Shown here: positions 1 to 8,668 of the stretch, piece after piece
Layout: every line of letters starts with the position of its first letter
How positions within the stretch are numbered: position 1 is the first letter of the stretch
Source of the DNA: Colwellia polaris
Lineage (GTDB): Archaea; Nanohalarchaeota; Nanosalinia; Nanosalinales; Nanosalinaceae
Assembly (NCBI GenBank): GCA_047617785.1
Contig: JBLGBK010000003.1
Span: 15,663 to 79,662 of the forward strand
Direction of reading: 5' to 3'
DNA length: 64,000 bases
The notes under the pieces: generated by a model
What the model saw: the letters and a program-made list of their open reading frames with translations, nothing else
Told to the model about the DNA's origin: nothing
The model's database searches: none
Translations under genes and position numbers: made by a program

Positions 1-1286
1 TCTTCTAGGCTCTTGTGCAGATACCAGGCGTATTTCTGCGTCATAGATTTGTCTCGTTCGCTGTACTTTGTGGTCAGCTTCGGTATGACGAGCTCAGTCT
101 TATTTTCGCTAGGAAAGGGTGATTTGAACTCTCGTGTAATGTTGTTCTCTTCCTCGATTCCTAGCAAGTCGTTGTACATCTCTGTAGGGGTCAGTGTTCC
201 AGACATCAGTACTGTGGAGTGTGAGTTCTTGATTGGTTTTCGTGTAGTTGCTTCTGGATTGAGGCAGGAGTACTTTAGCATGACTTCTCCGTAATTTGTA
301 CGTTTCAGTATACGCGAGAATCCTTCGTCCTTTCCATTCCAGTCGTCCATAAACTCTGCTACTTTCAGAACTTTGGATGCTTTGTCCTGTCGACCTTCTA
401 TCTCTTCGCCTGCTTTTTCCAAATCTACGATCATTTCTTTGTAGCTGTGGAAGCTGTCGACAAGGTCTTTAAAGTCTTCTTTCTCTATACGTTTTTCAGA
501 GTCTTTTTGCGATAGTTTTTCCTTTACTAGTCGTTGAAACTTTCTCTTTAGCTGCTGTAGGTGCTGCTGGTCTTCGTGGAACTGTTGTTTGCCAGCTTCT
601 GTGACGGCGTTGCTTAGTAAAGAATCTTTTAGTGTTGCAGAGTACAGGCTTCGGGTACGTGACGGAACATTATGTGCTTCATCTACTATTATTATGCAAT
701 CTGATAGATCGGTGTCTGCCTTCTCCATTACAACATCTCTGACGCCAGGGTGGAAGATGTGGAAGTAGTCTGCGATTATGAGTCTGCTTTGTTTAAGGCT
801 ATGCATCTGAACTTGGTAAGCACATACTTTGTGGCATTTTTTCTTTACTTCATGTGCCGATAGGTTCTGAGTTCGTATTTCGCGTACCCGTTTCTTCGCT
901 TGCTCTGTTAACTGATGGTTGTCATCGAAAGTTGCATCGTGACGCGGACAGTCAGGCTCGTCTTCATCTGCTACAACGTTTTTAGCTTCGCATAGATGGC
1001 TTTTACCGATAAGATCTGTTGAGCTGATATTTTTCCCGTGTTTTTCGTTAATATTTCTCACTGTTTCTAATGCGATCTGGTGCTGGCTGTGGCGTGGTGT
1101 TAGGAAGAATACTTTCTTGTTGTTTTCAAGTGCATGTTCTAGGGCAGGAGTGATTGATGCTGCGGTCTTCCCTAGGCCTGTAGGCGCGTGTATTGTTGCA
1201 GTACCTTCGTTTTCCAGTGTTTTTTCTACGTCTTCTATCATATCTTGCTGCATGTCTCGCGGGTTTTCAAACGGGAATAGGTTCAT
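1..1286 (-). CDS. xpd: XPD/Rad3-family Fe-S DNA helicase, N-terminal ~428 codons; C-terminus lies beyond the window edge
   Basis: Absent from the ORF track because it is open to the window edge. My reverse-strand translation starts at the ATG at 1284-1286: MNLFPFENPRDMQQDMIEDV...IHAPTGLGKT (Walker A). Four Cys lie between Walker A and IIIVDEAHN (DEAH box), followed later by MSGTLTP. No stop down to position 3. Confidence 0.85.
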   Translation of the reverse strand, partial: MNLFPFENPRDMQQDMIEDVEKTLENEGTATIHAPTGLGKTAASITPALEHALENNKKVFFLTPRHSQHQIALETVRNINEKHGKNISSTDLIGKSHLCEAKNVVADEDEPDCPRHDATFDDNHQLTEQAKKRVREIRTQNLSAHEVKKKCHKVCAYQVQMHSLKQSRLIIADYFHIFHPGVRDVVMEKADTDLSDCIIIVDEAHNVPSRTRSLYSATLKDSLLSNAVTEAGKQQFHEDQQHLQQLKRKFQRLVKEKLSQKDSEKRIEKEDFKDLVDSFHSYKEMIVDLEKAGEEIEGRQDKASKVLKVAEFMDDWNGKDEGFSRILKRTNYGEVMLKYSCLNPEATTRKPIKNSHSTVLMSGTLTPTEMYNDLLGIEEENNITREFKSPFPSENKTELVIPKLTTKYSERDKSMTQKYAWYLHKSLE

Positions 1287-1406
1287 GTAGAATACGATAG
1301 CCGGTTACTGTAAAAAACACTGCGGACTAGCGGGATTTGAGTCTGTTATTTCATAGATTGAGAAAACACAACTTTCTTTAAATTAGGTTTTCGAATTACA
1401 ATTGTT

Positions 1407-2381
1407 ATGTCTTGGTACGCGCTTGAAAAGATTGAAGAAGCATTAAACCAGACAAAAGACTTTCTCACTCCGTTTGATCTCGGTTTATGGACAAGATTAG
1501 CTGTTATCGTTCTCTTTCTAGGAGGAGGACTGAATAACGTTCCTACAGGTAATTCCCCTACAACAGATTCAGGAACACAGGGGGTGTCGGGAGCTGATCT
1601 TTCTATTCCGGGCACGGACATGACTTCTAGTATGCACAGTGGAATTATTCCAAATACAGATGGCTTGATGACTGGAGCTGCCACTTCTGATGCGGCAACA
1701 TTAGGCATCATAGCATTAGTAGGTGTGATAGCTCTTGTATTTGTAGTTCTAAGCACTATTGCACGTTTTGCCATCTTCCAGTCGGTTATGGAGAAAAGAG
1801 CAAGTATTAGAGAGATGTTCAAATCCAACTTCAATAGGGCACTTCAGTTGATAGGACTTAATGTTTTAACGCTGATAGCTGTTCTACTACCTACAATCCC
1901 ATATTTAGCAGGTATTGAAGTTGCATCTATAGTCGGCGGAGTTCTGTTTGTCGTAGCAGTGTTCTACTGGCTAGCAATCCTGCTCGCAATGACCTTTGTC
2001 AACGACTTTGGATTGCCGCTGATGGTCTATGAAAACATCAGCATTATTGATGCAGTCAAGAGATCTCTAGGAACAGTATGGAGTCAAAAGGCTCAAGCTG
2101 CTATCTACTTCCTGACCAAGATCGGTATAGGGATAGTAATAGGAGTAATTTATCTAGTAGCGCTTCTTACAGTATTCCTTGCACTACTTATTCCATTTGG
2201 AATACTTGGTTTCATAGCCTACACCCTATCGCCTATCGCAGGAGGAGTAGTGGGAGTTCTAGGTCTGCTTACACTGGCAATAGTTATGCTCTATGTAAGA
2301 GTACCTCTAGAAGTTTACAGACACTACTTCTACGTATTGAACCTAGAAGAGTTTGAGGAAGTTGAACTGGTAGAAAGATAA
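1407..2381 (+). CDS. polytopic membrane protein, function unknown
   Basis: 324-aa ORF with several long hydrophobic segments (LAVIVLFLGGG, IIALVGVIALVFVVL, VGGVLFVVAVFYWLAILLAM). TTTAAATTA at 1377-1385 lies ~26 nt upstream of the ATG, suggesting a leaderless transcript. Confidence 0.6.
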   Translation: MSWYALEKIEEALNQTKDFLTPFDLGLWTRLAVIVLFLGGGLNNVPTGNSPTTDSGTQGVSGADLSIPGTDMTSSMHSGIIPNTDGLMTGAATSDAATLGIIALVGVIALVFVVLSTIARFAIFQSVMEKRASIREMFKSNFNRALQLIGLNVLTLIAVLLPTIPYLAGIEVASIVGGVLFVVAVFYWLAILLAMTFVNDFGLPLMVYENISIIDAVKRSLGTVWSQKAQAAIYFLTKIGIGIVIGVIYLVALLTVFLALLIPFGILGFIAYTLSPIAGGVVGVLGLLTLAIVMLYVRVPLEVYRHYFYVLNLEEFEEVELVER

Positions 2382-3553
2382 CTTTCAAGACTGGACTGGC
2401 GACGGTCTAGCATTTTACTTCTTTTCTTTATCCTCTTGAACAAGAAACGGAAATTACTGTTTATACGCCACTTAACTTGCTCCATATTCTCAAGCTCCTC
2501 AGGATTATTGAACGCGTTCCGAACTGTTTCACGGATCACCCATACGCCTAGCGGAGCCCAATAATCAGGTGTAACTTCGCGTAGAACGATTGCTTTCGCC
2601 TGACGTTTCCGCTGCTGCAGATGCTCCATTATTCCAAGTTTTGTGGCGTAGTAGGCTCCTGCTGTTTGCTCTGCGTACTCTGTACGACCTGAAAATCCTT
2701 CATAGTTGTTTGCGATGTAGGTGTTTTTCATTGCATTCCATGCGGAATCTGGTCGTTTGAGTTCAAGTAGCTCGTACTCCCATTTTCCAGGTATGAGGAA
2801 TATGTGGAAGTTGTTGCCAATGTAGCTGTTCTTGTAGTATTCAATCTGTCCTAGTTCTTGGAACTGCTTTACATCATCAAGTATCTGTGAAGAAATAGTA
2901 TCGTCTGTAGCAGTGATACTCCAGCGTGTCGGAACCAATTTTCGGTTCTCCTCTTTTCCAAGCATTCCCGTGGACATGACTTGTTGGATGGTGTAGTTGT
3001 CGACACCCTTGCTGTAAAGTTTCTGCATAGCGCTCTCTGCCTGGAACTCTTTGTCGTAGAAAGCTTTCTCCACTTGTTTATCGACCGAAGGATTCTCACC
3101 AAGTTTGAACTGCTTCAAGTTGCCGGATGCAGATACTGGTTTCACCCGACCGGCGCTAATACTGTTGAAAGGTTTCTTATCCAGTTCTACCTCTACATGT
3201 GTGGGTTTGCACGCCATGGCGATCTCTCGAGCAGTGTCTACGAACTGGTCAGTCTGCTTAACGCGTGTCTGTTTCTTCGAGTTTACTAGGCTGGTACGGA
3301 GAGAAGCCACTTTCTCAATAGAGTATTTTTCGCTGTACCATTTATCCGGGGAGTCCATGAGCATGGAGTCGCCTTGATGTTGGGGTGAGAGAACACCGGT
3401 ACTTGGCTTGGGGTAGTTGTGTGAGCCGATGAAAACGCTTGGCGGGGTGGACCCGTTGAACTTCTTAGCATTGTTCTGTATAGGCATGACTGACTCGAGC
3501 TTTCTCTTCGCCTGTTCTTCAGACATGCCTTTTGCGAGTTTGCCGTAGCCCAT
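2330..3553 (-). CDS. nreA: Nre-family (NreA-like) DNA repair protein with C-terminal PIP-like box
   Basis: 407 aa. The N-terminal PPSVFIGSHNYPKPSTGVLSP pattern is typical of the archaeal Nre (DUF650/DUF651) family. QSSLESYL (nt 2375-2398) fits the PCNA-interaction consensus QxxLxxYL. Confidence 0.7.
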   Translation of the reverse strand: MGYGKLAKGMSEEQAKRKLESVMPIQNNAKKFNGSTPPSVFIGSHNYPKPSTGVLSPQHQGDSMLMDSPDKWYSEKYSIEKVASLRTSLVNSKKQTRVKQTDQFVDTAREIAMACKPTHVEVELDKKPFNSISAGRVKPVSASGNLKQFKLGENPSVDKQVEKAFYDKEFQAESAMQKLYSKGVDNYTIQQVMSTGMLGKEENRKLVPTRWSITATDDTISSQILDDVKQFQELGQIEYYKNSYIGNNFHIFLIPGKWEYELLELKRPDSAWNAMKNTYIANNYEGFSGRTEYAEQTAGAYYATKLGIMEHLQQRKRQAKAIVLREVTPDYWAPLGVWVIRETVRNAFNNPEELENMEQVKWRINSNFRFLFKRIKKRSKMLDRRQSSLESYLSTSSTSSNSSRFNT

Positions 3554-3611
3554 GATAGTTAGTTAGAGATCAAAATGTAAATTAGTGGTGTAAAAGAGGA
3601 ATCTGGATTAT

Positions 3612-5366
3612 TTACCCTATCTTCCAGTGTGGATCTTTGTTGTCTTTGATATCAACGATTTCTTCCAGTACTTGTTTCTCTCCCTGTGAGAGATGCTCAT
3701 CTAGGTGCTGTAGCTGACGATACTGTTTGCCGGTGATATCGGTGAAGAGGACTTCATCGTCTTCAAATGTACGTCCAACTGTTGCGCCGCTGATCGATAC
3801 TGCGACTTCTGCTCCTTTTGAAGCTTTGTCGATGCTCTCATTATGTTCCTGAATAGCTTTCAGTTTCCCTACCCTGTCACCCTGCGCGTTCATCAGGGTT
3901 GTATCTGGCTTAATTACTCCTTTTTTAACTTTCGCTCCGATTACAGCAGGCTTGGCTTGATTAAAGATGTGTTGCGGCATCAACTGGATCTTTCCTGGGC
4001 GTGGAATCTTTTCCAAGGCTTGTTCCTGTTGTTTCTCTTCCAATATCCTCTTCCATTCTTCGTAGTCTTCTACAATCTTGTATATTACCTGATTCTGGAA
4101 AATTTGTATTCCCTTGTCTTCGATCATATCCTCTGCTTGTGCTGTTGCTTCTACATTGAATGCAAAGATTGCCCTGTTTTCAGGATCCTCGTTCTCTACT
4201 TTGACTACATCATTCTTCTTTACAGGTCCGACTTTAGCTTCCTGTACAGGTATGCTCTCTATTTCACGCATTAATGCTTCCAGAGATCCAAGCGAGTCTG
4301 CTTTAACTATTATTCCTTCGTTCTGTGTTTCGAACTCTATGGTTTCTAGTTCTTCTTGTACTTCTTCTTTGACTTCTTCTATGTTTTCGCTTGTTGTTCT
4401 TACTGGTGCTCCTGCTATTGCGCCTTCAAGGTCTTTTCCACTTATTTTTACTCCGGAAGCAGGATCTATTTCGTCTACCTGGCTGTACTGTTTGTCCAAT
4501 CGTATTTCTTTTAGCGGTCTAGGTTGTAGGAGTGCTCTTATGTCTGTTGTCTTTACTCCGTCCTGTGTTCCGTAGATAAGTGTGTCGTCGGCTTTTATTT
4601 TGCCGTCGTAGTGGATTATGTCGAGAGTGGTGCCTAGTCCTTTTTCTTTGGTAACTTCAAGTACTGTTCCTTTTCCTATACTTTTTTCCTCTGTTTTCAG
4701 TTGATCTGAAAGGTAGTTCTGGCTTAAACCAGTTAGTGTCATTAGGAGTTCTGGGATTCCTTCTCCTGTCATTGCGCTGATTGGTACGATAGCTGCTTTC
4801 TTCTGGAAGTCATCTACGCGGTCGAATCTTTCCGCTGTTACGCCTGTTTGATCGTGTAGGTCGCCCATAAGGCTGTATATTTCTTCATCCAGTTTCTGCT
4901 GGTTCTTATCTGTCTGTTCCCGCAGGTTTTTGGTGAAGATTTTGTGTTTGCTCTGCCAGCCTGGTAGTGTATCAATCTTGTTCAGTGCGATGATGAACGG
5001 CGTGCCCGTGTCTTGTAGTATTTTTAGTGCTTCTTCCGTCTGTGGCTGGATACCGTTCTTTATGTCAACTACTACAATTGCGATGTCGCTTATGCTTCCT
5101 CCGCGTTTTCTGAGGCTGGAGAATGCAGCGTGTCCGGGTGTGTCGATGAAAAGCATACCAGGGATGGTTATGTCTGTATCTAGTTGTTTGAGGAGGTCGC
5201 CGCATACGTCTTCGATAGTCTCAAGGGGTATCTCTGTGGCTCCGATCATCTGTGTGATGCCCCCTTCTTCTCCCTCTACAATCCGTGATTCTCTTATTCT
5301 GTCAAGAAGAGTTGTTTTACCGGAATCTACGTGACCTAGAACTGATAGTATGGGTTGTCGCGGCAT
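3612..5366 (-). CDS. infB: translation initiation factor aIF5B (archaeal IF-2)
   Basis: GHVDSGKTTLLD (G1), DTPGH (G3), NKID (G4). 584 aa, typical length. GGTGA lies 9 nt upstream of the ATG. Confidence 0.95.
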   Translation of the reverse strand: MPRQPILSVLGHVDSGKTTLLDRIRESRIVEGEEGGITQMIGATEIPLETIEDVCGDLLKQLDTDITIPGMLFIDTPGHAAFSSLRKRGGSISDIAIVVVDIKNGIQPQTEEALKILQDTGTPFIIALNKIDTLPGWQSKHKIFTKNLREQTDKNQQKLDEEIYSLMGDLHDQTGVTAERFDRVDDFQKKAAIVPISAMTGEGIPELLMTLTGLSQNYLSDQLKTEEKSIGKGTVLEVTKEKGLGTTLDIIHYDGKIKADDTLIYGTQDGVKTTDIRALLQPRPLKEIRLDKQYSQVDEIDPASGVKISGKDLEGAIAGAPVRTTSENIEEVKEEVQEELETIEFETQNEGIIVKADSLGSLEALMREIESIPVQEAKVGPVKKNDVVKVENEDPENRAIFAFNVEATAQAEDMIEDKGIQIFQNQVIYKIVEDYEEWKRILEEKQQEQALEKIPRPGKIQLMPQHIFNQAKPAVIGAKVKKGVIKPDTTLMNAQGDRVGKLKAIQEHNESIDKASKGAEVAVSISGATVGRTFEDDEVLFTDITGKQYRQLQHLDEHLSQGEKQVLEEIVDIKDNKDPHWKIG

Positions 5367-5425
5367 CTCTATATCACCTGATGTTGCTCTGCCTTAATTC
5401 TACAGAGCTCTTACCCGTTAACTCC

Positions 5426-5445
5426 TTTTTAAATTTTATATATAA
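5426..5445 (-). promoter_or_regulatory. AT-rich TATA-like element upstream of infB
   Basis: The minus strand reads TTATATATAAAATTTAAAAA, about 60-80 nt upstream of the infB ATG. It follows a pyrimidine-rich tract after the L24e stop. Confidence 0.35.
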
Positions 5446-5525
5446 GGGTTGTAAGTCAGAAAATTATATTGAATTGGGAGGTAAAATGTAAATTGAGAAG
5501 GGAGGGGGGGAAAAGAGAGGAAGAT

Positions 5526-5681
5526 TTATTCTCCCTTGTTAGGGTAGCTGTGGCTTCTGTTGTTTGCAGCGTTCTTTTCGCATTTGCCGGAGCAGTAGAA
5601 ATGTTTGTCTCCGTTTGTTTCAACAACAAGCTTGCCCTGTGTCTTAGGTAGTTCTTCTCCGCAGTAGTCACATTCTGTCAT
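5526..5681 (-). CDS. rpl24e: ribosomal protein L24e (eL24)
   Basis: 51 aa, below the ORF-track cutoff. My translation is MTECDYCGEELPKTQGKLVVETNGDKHFYCSGKCEKNAANNRSHSYPNKGE, which has the L24e zinc-ribbon pattern C-x2-C...C-x3-C. It sits in the conserved position after S28e. Confidence 0.85.
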   Translation of the reverse strand: MTECDYCGEELPKTQGKLVVETNGDKHFYCSGKCEKNAANNRSHSYPNKGE

Positions 5682-5696
5682 TCTAGTTCTTCACCT

Positions 5697-5873
5697 CTAT
5701 CCTTCCATCTCTGTTTCTTTGATGTGTACGACGTCGTCTTCTCGGATTGGTCCTCTGACATTTCTGACAAGGATTTTTCCTTCTTCATTTCCTGCGAGAA
5801 CTCTGCATCGTACTTTGCGGACGGTTCTGTGTCCCTGCTCTCCAATTACTTCAATGATCTTGGCTTTTACCAT
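5697..5873 (-). CDS. rps28e: ribosomal protein S28e (eS28)
   Basis: 58 aa, below the ORF-track cutoff. My translation is MVKAKIIEVIGEQGHRTVRKVRCRVLAGNEEGKILVRNVRGPIREDDVVHIKETEMEG. RNVRGPIRE is characteristic of S28e. Confidence 0.9.
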   Translation of the reverse strand: MVKAKIIEVIGEQGHRTVRKVRCRVLAGNEEGKILVRNVRGPIREDDVVHIKETEMEG

Positions 5874-5929
5874 TCTTGATTACCTTTTTGATATTTTTTA
5901 GAGGTTTTTACAGGTAGAAAAGGAGTTTA

Positions 5930-6307
5930 TTACTCCTCTTCTTCTGCTTCTAGCAGTTCTTCTGCTTTTGCGCTGATTTCTTCTATTTCGTCTTCTGCGT
6001 TACCTGAGTCTGTTACAGCGATTGCTGCGGACTGTACGTTGATTCCTGCTGCTAGTCCGAGTTCTTCTTTGTCAGGTACGAATGTGAAGCTGATGTCTCG
6101 TTCTTCTGCTAGGCTTGGGATGTGCATTACGATTTCTTCTGGGGAGACATCTCCAGCTACTATTACTAGGTCTGCATCGTTTCGTTCGATGCTTTTGGTT
6201 ACTTCGTTAGTACCGATTACGACTTTTCCTGTGTCGCGTGCTTTTTCGATTGCGTTGTAGGTTTTCTCTGCTAATGAGTCCGTTGGTTCGAATTTTTGAT
6301 ATACCAT
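5930..6307 (-). CDS. rpl7ae: ribosomal protein L7Ae (K-turn binding; also box C/D and H/ACA RNP component)
   Basis: GTNEVTKSIERNDADLVIVAGDVSPEEIVMHIPSLAEERDISFTFV. Heads the conserved L7Ae-S28e-L24e cluster. Confidence 0.95.
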   Translation of the reverse strand: MVYQKFEPTDSLAEKTYNAIEKARDTGKVVIGTNEVTKSIERNDADLVIVAGDVSPEEIVMHIPSLAEERDISFTFVPDKEELGLAAGINVQSAAIAVTDSGNAEDEIEEISAKAEELLEAEEEE

Positions 6308-6319
6308 TTTTGGTTAAAC

Positions 6320-6345
6320 ACCTTTCACAAACTGTTCATCAAGGT
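6320..6345 (-). promoter_or_regulatory. 5' leader hairpin of L7Ae mRNA with UGAUGA/GUGA tandem G.A motif overlapping the Shine-Dalgarno
   Basis: The RNA reads ACCUU-GAUG-aacaguuu-GUGA-AAGGU. A 5-bp stem is followed by G.A, A.G and U.U pairs. GGUG (6319-6322) lies 11 nt upstream of the ATG and falls in the 3' arm. Confidence 0.3.
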
Positions 6346-6374
6346 CTGTGTTACAAACTGTAAGAGAATAGAAC

Positions 6375-6383
6375 TTTTTTATA
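6375..6383 (-). promoter_or_regulatory. TATA box for the L7Ae operon
   Basis: The minus strand reads TATAAAAAA. This would put the transcription start near 6350, just 5' of the leader hairpin. Confidence 0.45.
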
Positions 6384-6425
6384 CCCTCAACCTTTACGAT
6401 CAGTTGAATTTTTGATGTATAGAAA

Positions 6426-6653
6426 TTATTGGTGTTCGGGATTGAATTCGTCTAGTTTATCGTTTTCGACCCAGTGAAGTTCTTCTTCAAGATCTCTTAT
6501 GATCTCGTTTAACTTGTGTTTCTGTTGTGTCTGTTCAGATGGAAAACTTTCTAGCTCTTCGATAAGTTCGTCAGCTAGAAGGGAGACAGCCTTCTCTGGA
6601 GTATTAGCGTCTCTGTATTCCTCTATGACTTCCGTTATCTCCCGTCTTTCCAT
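6426..6653 (-). CDS. small acidic hypothetical protein
   Basis: 75-aa ORF with acidic composition like neighbouring genes. Same strand and tight spacing with the 6681 gene. No recognisable motif. Confidence 0.4.
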   Translation of the reverse strand: MERREITEVIEEYRDANTPEKAVSLLADELIEELESFPSEQTQQKHKLNEIIRDLEEELHWVENDKLDEFNPEHQ

Positions 6654-6680
6654 ACCGTTAACTTGTTTAGGAATTCTTTT

Positions 6681-7403
6681 TTAGTTTTCATCCGATTCAA
6701 GAACGACGCTCTCTACCTCTTGCTTTCTGTCTTCAAAGTTGTCAAGTAGTTGCTGAGCGACATTTTCGCTCTCTTTCTCATCTTCTATTTGCTCTTCTAG
6801 ATCTGTAGAGGTAGTCTCAATGTCCTGCGTAAGCTGCTGCATTTCTTCAATCATGTCTTTAACTTTCTCAAAGCGCTCAACTTCAAGGAAAAGCTTCTGA
6901 CTCTCATCTCTGCGAGATCTAGAATCAAAGCTTGTTTCTTTGCCTTGTGGGGCAGAGTTCTGTTGTACCGTTTTAGGTTCTACAGGTGAACTATTCTGGC
7001 TGTTGTCCTGCTGACTGAAATCTGGCGTATTATTAGCCTGATCTACATTGTTTTCTATACTGGTTTCTGATTTGTTACCTGGGTTGAAGCTCTGATTATC
7101 TTGTGAGCTATTAACGGGTTCTTGGCCAATTTGTTCGGTCTGTGAAGGAGAATTAGAGTTAACGGGGTTGTCAGAAGACTGGTTTAGAGGAGAACCGCTA
7201 TCAAAGCTGCTTTCTTCAATGCTACCTCCCTCTCTATCCAAGTTACCTTTACTTATCCTGTCATTATTGTTATTTACGGCGGCAGGGTTGTTAGCAGTTG
7301 AGGGCTGTTTATTTGAACTGTCTCCGTGTCCTTGTATGAGGTTTTTGATTTCCTCCATGTTTTCTCTTAGTTTCTCCTTGTCTTCTGATCCAACGTTGAA
7401 CAT
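6681..7403 (-). CDS. hypothetical protein: N/Q/S-rich low-complexity centre plus acidic coiled-coil C-terminus
   Basis: 240 aa. About 130 aa are rich in N, Q, S and P. The C-terminal segment LFLEVERFEKVKDMIEEMQQLTQDIETTSTDLEEQIEDE is heptad-like. Confidence 0.5.
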   Translation of the reverse strand: MFNVGSEDKEKLRENMEEIKNLIQGHGDSSNKQPSTANNPAAVNNNNDRISKGNLDREGGSIEESSFDSGSPLNQSSDNPVNSNSPSQTEQIGQEPVNSSQDNQSFNPGNKSETSIENNVDQANNTPDFSQQDNSQNSSPVEPKTVQQNSAPQGKETSFDSRSRRDESQKLFLEVERFEKVKDMIEEMQQLTQDIETTSTDLEEQIEDEKESENVAQQLLDNFEDRKQEVESVVLESDEN

Positions 7404-7478
7404 GGCTAATTCTAATTTACAATATGGTGCTGCCTCGGTTTAAAACATGCAGGTTACAAAAGAAGGAAACTGTCTATA

Positions 7479-8018
7479 TCATTTGATTCGCTCTATATGT
7501 TCTCCTGTCTTCTCGATAAAACTATTGATCCGGCTATCATAACTTTCATCAAGAAGTTCTCCGTTCTCACTCACAGTTTTACTTAGATTGGATATAGATA
7601 GGCTAGGTCCTGGATGAGCGTTTACGGCTAAGGTGATGTCGTGCAGATGTGATTGAGCTCTTACGCCTCCAAAACCACCTTCAGAAGTAGTTACGTAGCT
7701 AAAAGCCTTTTCCTCGTACTCAGGGTAGAAATGGTCCAGTATATTCTTCATTTCGCCGGGAATACTGTGGTTGTACTCTGGAGTGACTGGTATTATGCAG
7801 TTAGAGTTCTCTATAAGCTGGCCAAGAAGCTCAACGTTTTCTCCGGGGTTATCAGCATGGTGTCGTCTCTTGTTCAAGAAAGGGAGAGGATTAGTTTTAG
7901 GGTCGAATACACTAACCTTGTACCCTTCATCCAGGAATCTGTCCTCTATAAGGTCTGCAGCACGGATGGTCTTGCGACCTTCCCTGCTTGTACCTATTAT
8001 GAGAAGAATATTCTTCAT
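7479..8018 (-). CDS. NAD(P)H-dependent FMN reductase-family flavoprotein
   Basis: N-terminal ILLIIGTSREGRKT and overall flavodoxin-like pattern (TPEYNHSIPG). The start overlaps the S2 stop in an ATGA. Confidence 0.75.
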   Translation of the reverse strand: MKNILLIIGTSREGRKTIRAADLIEDRFLDEGYKVSVFDPKTNPLPFLNKRRHHADNPGENVELLGQLIENSNCIIPVTPEYNHSIPGEMKNILDHFYPEYEEKAFSYVTTSEGGFGGVRAQSHLHDITLAVNAHPGPSLSISNLSKTVSENGELLDESYDSRINSFIEKTGEHIERIK

Positions 8019-8623
8019 TCTTCCTCTTCTTCAGGTTCTGGATTCTCCTTGAAGAAGTCAAGTTCATAGTCGAACTCTTCGCCTTTCTGTTCTGCCATCT
8101 GCTGAGATAGTAGGTAGAAAACTGTCGAAAGGCTGTTTTCTCCTTTATTGTTAGCAGGTATTACATAGTCGACGTTTTCTAGGCTGCTTTCGCTGTCTGC
8201 AATTCCAATTACGGGAATATTAGATTCATGTGCTTCCTTGATCGCCTGACTGTCTTCTTCAGGGTCGCATGCGACTAGTACTTCTGGTTCCTGGAACTCT
8301 ACGCTTTCAGGGTTAGTTAGTGTTCCTGGCATGAACCGTCCAATAATCTTGGAAGCTCCTGTGACTTCTGTGAATCTGTCAATGGGATAATGTGCTTCAT
8401 CTTTTCTTCCAACTACAAGTATTTCCTCTACAGGAATGTCTGCAAGGTATTCTGCAAGTTCTCTTATTTTTTCGTCTGTCTGCTGTACATCTAGTACTGC
8501 AAGTTGATTCTTCTTTACGTGGAAGATATACGGTTCCATGTCTTTAGTTTGGCTTCTGGTGCCGATATGTACGCCGTTAGCCAGGTACTCGTCCCGGTCG
8601 ATCAAGAGTTCTTCTTCGCTCAT
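8015..8623 (-). CDS. rps2: ribosomal protein S2 (uS2)
   Basis: YLANGVHIGTRSQTKDMEPYIF...LAVLDV. Acidic C-terminal tail. Sits downstream of enolase, as in many archaea. Confidence 0.9.
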   Translation of the reverse strand: MSEEELLIDRDEYLANGVHIGTRSQTKDMEPYIFHVKKNQLAVLDVQQTDEKIRELAEYLADIPVEEILVVGRKDEAHYPIDRFTEVTGASKIIGRFMPGTLTNPESVEFQEPEVLVACDPEEDSQAIKEAHESNIPVIGIADSESSLENVDYVIPANNKGENSLSTVFYLLSQQMAEQKGEEFDYELDFFKENPEPEEEEE

Positions 8624-8668
8624 AGAGTTGAAATTAGAGAAAAAAAGTTAAATAAGAGGTAGATACGG

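Noticed and set aside
5456-5671. Track ORFs 5456-5671 (-) and 5469-5651 (+) in the L24e region.
   Set aside because: A different frame of the same stretch encodes a clean L24e zinc-ribbon protein (5526-5681). The track ORFs have no recognisable features.
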